Positions 55,265 through 64,000 of a stretch of DNA of 64,000 nucleotides are shown here, piece after piece; positions within the stretch are counted from its first letter, which is position 1; each line of letters starts with the position of its first letter. The stretch lies in NCBI RefSeq assembly GCF_009914755.1, contig NC_060939.1; one strand, written 5' to 3'. The notes beneath the pieces are model-generated. The model worked only from the letters and a program-made list of their open reading frames with translations, was not told the DNA's origin and searched no databases. The translations under genes and the position numbers were made by a program. This stretch comes from the human T2T-CHM13v2.0 reference genome, Homo sapiens.

Positions 55265-56791
55265 AAGACTTGAAAGAGTTGACAGAAATTCAGCACTTGG
55301 ATCACACCTAGCTCTTCATCAGTACATGACAGATTCTAGCTTTTACCCTGGGGCATTTGGGGCGAGAGGCAATAGCAGCACTTCATTCATCCATTTGTTC
55401 CACAACCATTATGGAGACCCGCTCCTGCCTGGCAGTGTCCTGGGCAGTGACAACAGAGTCCTCGTGGGCCGGTGGTGACCTCCTGCCCTGCAAGACCTGC
55501 GCTGACCATCTTGACTCTTAGTAACAAAATCTTTAAGATCCATCGTGCAATATTTTAGCATATTGAAAACATCCGGATTTCAGCGGAATATCCTATATTT
55601 TTAAGTTACCATTTTTATTTTCTCCCTTAACCCATGTTTTTGGAAGGTTGCTGGCTTTGTTTTAAGGTTTGTTGGGCTCTTCTGACAGAAATAATGCTTC
55701 AGAGAATACACAGCCCCTCCACCAGCCTCTCTCAACTTGAGACATGTTAACAGTTTCTAGTACTTTGGTCTAGTTATGACACTTTTCTGTAGACAAATTA
55801 CTTTTCCTTTTAATATTGCATCTGAGTGAAATATCTTTGAAGACACATGAAGCCTCTACTAGATATTCCTATTTTAATTGAAATTTGAACCAGTAACTTG
55901 CTACTGATCTAAATACTGTGGGGTGAAAGGATCTCCCTCCTGCTCTCAGGAGCCGGTGGGAGCTGGGATGGAGGAGGTGAGAGCTGGCCTGGTTTCTCTG
56001 GTGTCCCATCACTCTAAGATGCTTCGTCAAGTAACTCAGGGTGTTAGTTCCCAAAACAGAACTAGGCTTCTGTGAATGGGAGTGACTTTCTCAGAACAGA
56101 TGGGGATGTAAATCTGTGTATTAATAGGTATGTTTCCGTCTAGATGTGTTAGGAAGAGGAAGTGGTGGCCTGATGAAGACCTGAGCTGTGCTTCCTTCTT
56201 CTGTGCAAGTAGGACAGCACCTCCCTCATCTCCTATTCCTTCCCTGTGGGATCTGTAGCCACCGAGGCCTAGACCCCCACTTCCTTAGCATTTATGGAAA
56301 AAACATTGGTAGTCAGTGGCTTTGGTAAGAGTGGATTCCCAGGACTCAGGAGACTGGGGATGAAATCATCACCGCAAAATTATACAGATTAATGCCTGGG
56401 ATGAGAAGATGCTATAGTGAAACAGGGCTCTGAGTACAGGTAGGTGAGCCTGGGATTGTAGGTTGATTGGGAATATATTGAGCAGGGGAGGTGACTTGGA
56501 AAAGTTACACTGAGAAGAAGGAACCTGAAATAGATTGAGCATTTCCCTTATGCTCTATGTGCTCTTAGTCAATGCTTATATGTATTATAGCATTTAATGG
56601 TCTCTATTCTCTACACAGCCCTGGGTATTGGATGCTCACTTTGAGGCACAGAGGGACCCCAGAAACACAGCTCCTAGTGGCGGCTGTGTCCAATTCTAAA
56701 GCAATGTACTCCCATAGAAAGCAACTTGGGCCCGTTGAGCGGGAGTTGGGGTGAGTTGAGAAGCAAAGAACTGTGATAAGAGTGAGATGTA

Positions 56792-57101
<310 letters not shown>

Positions 57102-57123
57102 CTAATTACAGTCTAAGAAATTA

Positions 57124-57306
57124 TCACACACCGGGGTCTGTCAGGGGTTTTGGGGGTAGGGGGAGGGATAGCATTAGGAGAAATACCTAATGTAGACGAC
57201 GGGTTGATGGGTGCAGCAAATCACCGTGGCATGTGTATACCTATGTAACAAACCTACTCGTTCTGCACGTGTATACCAGAACTTGAAGTATAATAATAAA
57301 AAAAAA
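57124..57306 (+). mobile_element. 5'-truncated L1PA (PA7-like) 3' end
   Basis: GGGATAGCATTAGGAGAAATACCTAATGTAGA..GGGTTGATGGGTGCAGCAAA..poly(A). Confidence 0.93.
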
Positions 57307-58519
57307 TTACTCTCAGGATTCATCTAAAAACCAGTACCAAACACTAATTATTATTCATTTTCTCTTCTCTAAATGTGTTCATTTCAGAAAAGGCTAAATA
57401 TAATTCATGTAAGGTTTGATATATTTGCTTATTAATATATGAATCCCTATCAAAACTCTAGCTCGTTGTGTTACAAGAATCCGTGGGGACAATAGAAGGT
57501 CAGAGTATGATTTAGTCACGGGGGACTAGGTTTGTTTTTATGTCACATGCTCTGCATATCAGTGTGTTACTTTTATGCTAGATTTCTGAGTCACACCAAT
57601 CAATAGAATTAGCCCCTCCTTTCTCTCCTTGCCTTCATTTAAACATCAAGGTAAAATTCAAAGGCTTGCAGAGACTACTTGGGTCATTCAAGAGATCACT
57701 GGTCTACTGGGGGTTGCCTTTGTCTTTCCATCACTGCATTGGTTTTATTGTCCAGATTTGGACTGCCTGCTGCCCATCACCCTACGCCTCCTGCCCAAGC
57801 CCATTTGGGAACCAAGCACAGCACATGCAAACCCTCTTGTCGTCGTGGAATAAGGTGAGGGAATAGAGAACAGGTCTTATTTTTTCTGAACTATTTAATT
57901 GCTGTTCTACGCAGGAACTCTCAATGATGACCAGGGATTTTATGCAACATTGTGGCCCCATTCAACAACAGACTACTAATTAGTTCATTTACTTGGGTAC
58001 TAAACTCATCTAAGAAGAGGAGCAGAGCCTAATTAGAGAACTCTCAAAGGATATTAAACCCCCATCTTTTGAAGTTACAGTTTTTAAAAAACACAAATGT
58101 ACAAAAGTATACACACTTGCACACACATGCTTGCATACACACACATGCTGAAACCAAGACTCCACATGAATAGTATTCCCAAGTATTTGGTGATAACTGA
58201 TTATTAGAAAGGATTTCAGTTGTTGTTGTTTGTTGTTTGTCTTGTTCTAAAAGAAGACCAAACCAACATAAAATGTGCTCACAATGACTAAGCCAAGAAG
58301 CCAAGAATACATATTCCCTTCAACTTAAACATCCTTAAAAAATATGGTGAAAATTAGATATTGTTTAAAGATTTTGGTGTGATTTTCTTCTACCACTAAA
58401 TTTTTTTTCTTGCATTTGATGGGATCTTTATGAACCTCTGATCTTGTTTAAGCCGATGTTTGCATTTGGGGAAATCCGCCTTTCATTTGTTTGTGTAGTT
58501 TCTAGACATTTTCCCAGTG

Positions 58520-59000
58520 GCAGTTATATTCCAGGCATTATACTATGCACCTGGAGGGACACCTGGAATCAGACACGAATCCTACCATCCCAGTAGCAGC
58601 TGTATGTCAGTTTGTTCAACCAATGGTTAGTAATCGGTTAGAAATGCAAATGTTAAAAAGATGTGCTTCCTTCTAGGAAGTGAAACGGAAATAGAACTAA
58701 ATAAATACAATTGAATGAAATATGTGTATAAATGAAGATATTTAACAAAAGGAAGTATCAGAAAGAAAGGAGAGATAAGAAGCTGCAGGAATTAGCAAGT
58801 CTTCACTGAGAAGGTGGCTTCTGAGCAGGGCCATGAGGGATAAGTGAGAAAATGTCAGGCAAATGGGAGAGGCATCAATTAAATGAAGAAGGAGAGAGGG
58901 AGACGAATGATATATTTAGCGGGAATTGAAAATAGTTTGCTGTGGCTGAAGACAATGTATAAGGCAGGAAGTGGAATTGTAGCATTTAATGTTCTCCCAT
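58520..59000 (-). mobile_element. L2 fragments
   Basis: CCAGGCATTATACTA.., GTCTTCACTGAGAAGGTGGCTTCTGAGCAGGG, GAAATAGTTTGCTGTGGCTGAAG. Confidence 0.55.
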
Positions 59001-59217
59001 TCAGCAGAGCGCAAAATGAGGCATTATTTGGAATGGGACATACTCATGTAAGCCCTCATGTGCTATGCTTCAGGGCTTGAAGAAGGTCATGGTAATAACG
59101 TAGGCAATAGCAATAATAACAATAAATGTAAGCATTTATTGAGAAAGACCATGTACCAGGTTTCTATTAAAAGGTGCTATACGTACAGCAACTTTCCATC
59201 TGCCACTCCCCCTAGCC

Positions 59218-59700
<483 letters not shown>

Positions 59701-59824
59701 GCTACATGCTTTGTCTTAGTTGGCTATTGCAATCTTCCTAGTCGTTAGGTTCTATTATACCCTGGTTTTGTCGGGAGCTTAGCTGAGCTGAGAGAGAGAG
59801 AAAAGGAGTGCATTGACTTGCCAG

Positions 59825-60458
59825 GTATTGGAGTAGCCAATTAAAGCAACAAGCCATAAATGAGTTAAGACTTTAATCACTTATGGTGATAGTGCAAGCT
59901 AGAGGGTAAGGCCAGAGAAAGCACCGACTCCCCTTGTTCCATTTTCCCCCGTGGAATGGCACACAGGTCAGGTGGATCAATGCAGATGTGGGGTCATCTC
60001 ACGGGTGGAGGGAGCCCCCAACAAAAGGCTCTAGAAGTTTTGTGCACCCTGAGGTGGTGGCAGGGAGAGGACAAGAAGGAAAGACTAGGAGTGGAAAAGT
60101 ACTGGAGTAGAGTGGGGAAAAGTATCTTCAAGGTTTCCTCCGCTCCACCATAAAAAGGCCTCCGCAGAGATGCCTGAAGAAGACCTCCCCGACAAGACCT
60201 CTGATAAAGGGACCCAGGAATGCAGGAGCAGGAGCTAAGAATGCAAACTTGTACAAGAGCCTGACTGGACAGGGGGTTCTGAAGCCTTGACTGCAACTCC
60301 CTTCAGAGATTGCAACGTGCTGGCTGTGCACCAAGCCTGGGCAGGGATGGCAGTTTCCCCTGAGAGGCCTGCTAGGCAAAGCTTTCATAATAGTCTATGG
60401 TCAGGCCTGAGAAATCACAGATAGGATTTTAACCAGGAGCCACACTCCTCTGATGACA
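59825..60458 (-). mobile_element. ERVL-type solo LTR (MER54/MER74-like), inserted in a MIR
   Basis: ~630 bp block whose minus strand begins TGT and has ATTAAA near its 3' end; MIR sequence (GACTTGCC../..GAGCCAGGATTC) continues on both flanks; family call tentative. Confidence 0.55.
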
Positions 60459-60848
60459 CCACACCTGAGCCAGGATTCACATCGAGGCAGTTTGCATCCA
60501 GATCCCATGCTCCTACCATTACCTTCTTCCGCCTCTGCAGGCTCAGGGAACCACTGAGAGCTTTTGCTCACTTAGGCCAGCATGGATGGATTTGCCTTGG
60601 AGGAGAAATGCTCTGGTAGAAGAGCAGGAATATAAAAAGACATCAACAAAGTAGGAATTTCTGTAGGAAAGGCGTGGATAGAATAGGAAAAAGAGAAATG
60701 ACATTCAGTTAGCGGCAGCAGACAGGGCTCCTTGCAGGAGAGCGTATGTGAGCAGAATTTTGAATAGATAGGAATTAATCCTGTTGTGAGGGCTGGCGCA
60801 GCATCCCAGGCAGGGAGAAGAGCAAGGGCCCTGCAGCAGGAAACACAC

Positions 60849-60946
60849 CGTGTGTGTGTGTGCAAGCAGGCATGTGTGTGTGCGTGCACGTGTGTGTGTT
60901 GCACGTGCGTGTGTGTGCGCGCGCATGTCTGTGTGTGTGCATGCAG

Positions 60947-60977
<31 letters not shown>
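60849..60977. repeat. complex (TG)n/(CG)n alternating purine-pyrimidine microsatellite
   Basis: Directly visible; explains the H/T-rich and C/V-rich ORFs. Confidence 0.97.
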
Positions 60978-61889
60978 GAAAGCAGTGAGTGGCTTTGTTG
61001 ACTGCTGGACAGCATCTATGTAGTGGGTCAGAGGACGAGATCAAAGAGGAGAGCACCAAGGCCCCTCTGAGCACACTGGCTTAACTCTTAGCACACAGAA
61101 GGTTAGGAGGTTTAGGGTGTTGTTGGTAGCTCTGTAACTTGGTTTGACTCGCAAAGTCAATACCATAGATTCAAGGGAGGAGGGACTGGAGGCCAGAGGA
61201 CTCTGGGGAGCAGTGATGGGAGCCAGGGGTTGCTCGGTGTGAATCTGAGTGCCTCTGTGACTGTTTCCCAGGGAAGATAAGACCAGCCAGGAGCTCCTTC
61301 CTGGCCCCTCAAGCATAAAAGAGATAAAGGAAGGGTAGTAAATTGTTTTGATGTGGCTGCTTCCTGGGGTAAAGTGATAAGATGATAACAGAACTTGGAT
61401 ATGTTAAAACCTGTGAAGTTCCAACTGTGCATGGTTGGCATGCTTCGTCAATTCTAGCAGGGCGGATATGAACAGAGGGGCTGGAATTGGCATTGCCAGG
61501 TGTTTGCAGGGCCTCGTTGGGCATTTAATCCTACAAATCCTTCTAGGCAAATTTTATGGATTGAATTGTGCCACCCAGCCCCCTTAAAAATAGTTATGTT
61601 GTCGTCCTCAAAATGTGGTATTATTTGGAAATATGGTCACGCTAGATGTAATTAGTTAAGATGACATCATACTGGAATAGTGTGGGCCTCTAATCCAATA
61701 TGACACGTGTCCTTATAAGCAGAGGACCATGTAAGGACACACACAGAGGATACCATGTAAAGATGGAGGCAGGGGCTCGACTGAGGCATTTACAAATCAA
61801 GGAACACCGAGAATTGATAGGAGAGAGGAAAGGAACGGATTCTCCTCCCTCAGAACTCTCAAGAGGAACCAACCCACCTAAGACTCTAA

Positions 61890-62815
<926 letters not shown>

Positions 62816-63339
62816 AAAATCTGGTTTTAAAAAATCATCTAGCTTGTGGAAATTTGTTATGACAGCCCTACGAAACTAATGTAGCCACAGTTTATGTTGT
62901 TACTGTGTATGATATTATAATATATTGTACATTATATACAATGATTAACTTTCATTAGGAATTTAAAAATATGGATTTACATTAGACAGAGCATGCTCTG
63001 AGGAAGAAGTTTTTAATAAGTATGAGCAAAGGCACATTTTGGAGATTAATTTTTTTTTGGTAAACTTGACCATCTTTAAGCATTGTTTAAAAGGCTGCTC
63101 TAACCATCTGTATGAAATGGCACATGTTAAATTAGTCAGCTGGTCTCAGTGTTAATCAAAGAGGAGGTCAGGGGTCAGAACCATCAACTACACAAGAAAG
63201 ATCCATTCCCTCTCCCCACATCCTGAGAATGGACTTCCTGGCCTACAGCCAAGGCCAGTGGTGAGTTGTGAATAGTGGATATTTGCCCAAGTGGAAAAAA
63301 ATAATTTCCGATTATGAAAGTAATGCCTGCTCTTTGCAA

Positions 63340-63720
63340 GGAATTCTGAAATAATAATAAAAATACGTATATAAAACAAAATAAAAACCACCTATAATCC
63401 TACCACCCAGAGATACCAAAATCAAATGGGTATATATGTACATATATACTATGTGTGTTCAAAAGTAAGATTAGTCCATGTGTATAATTTTTTTTTTTTT
63501 CATTTTGCTGTGTACTGCAGGGATCATTATCTAGATCTCATCCCTTTAATATCTGTATGATACACAAGGGGATGAGTATGACATGAGTGATTTAACAATT
63601 CTCCTGTGGAAGGACCTTTAAGTTGCTTTAGTAATTTTTGCCACTTTGAACCATATGGCAATCAACTTTATGTGCGTACATTTATAAGTTTGTCCAATTA
63701 CTTATTTTTTGTTAGAATCT
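63340..63720 (-). mobile_element. L1ME-like 3' fragment
   Basis: AAAACCACCTATAATCCTACCACCCAGAGATA..ATTTAACAATTCTCCT..GGACCTTTAAGTTG. Confidence 0.65.
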
Positions 63721-64000
63721 CTATTTTTACAGTGAGCTGCAAAAGTTTAATGGTTTCTAATTAAACTATAGGTGTGCTACACAAGAGGTGAATTGTCAAT
63801 TCTGGAAGGCTTGGGCTCTATTTAATCAGATGGTTATCTAAACCAAGATGGTGTCATTAAGTCTGCCTCCCTCCAGATGACCTCATTTATGGGAACAGAA
63901 CTCTTCAGGGGCAAATAAGCATAGAAGATATGATCTCTGCCAGTAAAGAATCTTATTTTTCAACTATACAGGTGCAATAAGTGAGCAATTTTACAAACTG

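Noticed and set aside
60572-61074. His/Thr-rich and Cys/Val-rich ORFs up to 147 aa
   Set aside because: Translations of the (TG)n microsatellite.

Overview
Primate (very likely human) non-coding genomic DNA with no credible intact protein-coding gene, rRNA, tRNA or CRISPR array. Almost all listed ORFs are Alu, L1, ERV-L, Tigger1 or microsatellite read-throughs. The left half (~6-35 kb) is a pile-up of nested transposons: several L1 generations, a decayed ERV-L with recognisable RT and dUTPase remnants, MER2, an internally deleted Tigger1, MaLR LTRs and many Alus with target-site duplications. The right half (36-64 kb) is richer in unique sequence and MIR/L2 remnants. It carries a small orphan CpG island (~38.55-39.07 kb) bracketed by homopolymer tracts, and several clusters of lymphoid transcription-factor motifs (octamer, EICE, PU.1, NF-kB, STAT/BCL6), which suggests an intergenic enhancer/lncRNA region. 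The clearest unexplained structures are (i) a 34-bp fold-back segment at 36165-36198 copied in both orientations from a MIR ~1.07 kb downstream, a template-switch scar, and (ii) a perfect 37-bp tandem duplication at 24876-24949 that doubles an everted nuclear-receptor-like element. Repeat subfamily calls are from memory of consensus sequences and boundaries of old repeats are approximate. The sequence alone does not demonstrate a new biological system.
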